Shown: piece after piece, positions 63,734 through 64,000 of the stretch
Position numbering within the stretch: position 1 is the first letter of the stretch
Layout: each line of letters starts with the position of its first letter
Virus record (IMG/VR): IMGVR_UViG_3300022753_000047
Strand: one strand, 5' to 3'
Length of the DNA stretch: 64,000 nucleotides
From: a virus
Lineage: Duplodnaviria; Heunggongvirae; Uroviricota; Caudoviricetes
Notes under the pieces: model-generated
The model's database searches: none
What the model saw: only the letters and a program-made list of their open reading frames with translations
What the model was told of the DNA's origin: nothing
Program-made: the position numbers and the translations under genes

Positions 63734-64000
63734 CTTGCACCCCTAACCGCAAAGGGGGGTCACCCTTGCCCGAAGTGGGGCGGCGGTGTTCCCTTGTCGG
63801 TGGGAGCGGTGCGGGGCGGCTTGCCCTTGCACCCCTAACCGCAAAGGGGGGTCACCCTTGCCCGAAGTGGGGCGGCGGTGTTCCCTTGTCGGTGGGAGCG
63901 GTGCGGGGCGGCTTGCCCTTGCACCCCTAACCGCAAAGGGGGGTCACCCTTGCCCGAAGTGGGGCGGCGGTGTTCCCTTGTCGGTGGGAGCGGTGCGGGG
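63734..64000. repeat. GC-rich 92-bp tandem repeat, at least 2.9 copies (truncated by window end)
   Basis: The unit cttgcacccctaaccgcaaaggggggtcacccttgcccgaagtggggcggcggtgttcccttgtcggtgggagcggtgcggggcggcttgccc recurs at 63734, 63826 and 63918. The period is not a multiple of 3. Each unit contains CCCC..GGGG stem-loops. Confidence 0.85.

Noticed and set aside
63734-64000. CRISPR array
   Set aside because: The 92-bp units are contiguous tandem copies with no unique spacers. The repeat length is far above CRISPR repeat size.

Overview
Read as a non-structural region of a large phage or prophage: no capsid, portal, terminase or tail genes are recognisable, and all but one predicted gene lie on the minus strand (transcription runs from high to low coordinates). 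Left to right, the window contains the following blocks.

- **Replication module (1-11185):** DNA polymerase III alpha (PHP domain and GYGRGS palm motif), DnaG-like primase, DnaB-like helicase, a Cas4-like PD-(D/E)XK nuclease, SSB, an ERF-family annealing protein and an HD hydrolase. The early operon also carries a MazF/PemK-like toxin homologue.
- **Lysogeny-switch-like region:** a divergent promoter/operator region next to the only plus-strand gene, a CI/LexA-like repressor (XRE HTH plus S24 peptidase). A bidirectional terminator follows it.
- **Sulfur and one-carbon genes:** cysteine desulfurase, FolD and two PAPS-reductase-family PP-loop proteins, with a radical SAM protein further right.
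- **tRNA repair and maturation genes:** Thg1-like, CCA-adding enzyme, an Rnl-type RNA ligase, RtcB, phosphoesterases and a HAD phosphatase.
- **Other accessory genes:** a macro domain protein, an SPFH protein and an ATP-dependent ligase.
- **NAD+ module:** NadE, a NAMPT/NadV-like protein, a Prs-like protein and a nicotinamidase-like protein.
- **tRNA genes:** at least ten tRNA genes in several arrays, some of them atypical.
- **Accessory island between tRNA arrays (about 44.6-51.2 kb):** a retron-type reverse transcriptase (QGxxxSP and YADD motifs). An ORF-free structured region upstream of it is bounded by a perfect 10-bp inverted repeat. The island also carries a ThiF/E1-like plus JAB/MPN pair and unknown proteins.
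- **Window end:** 92-bp GC-rich tandem repeats.

Several ORF-free structured segments are candidate ncRNAs. All calls rest on reading motifs by eye and on hand translation and folding; no database search or prediction tool was available.
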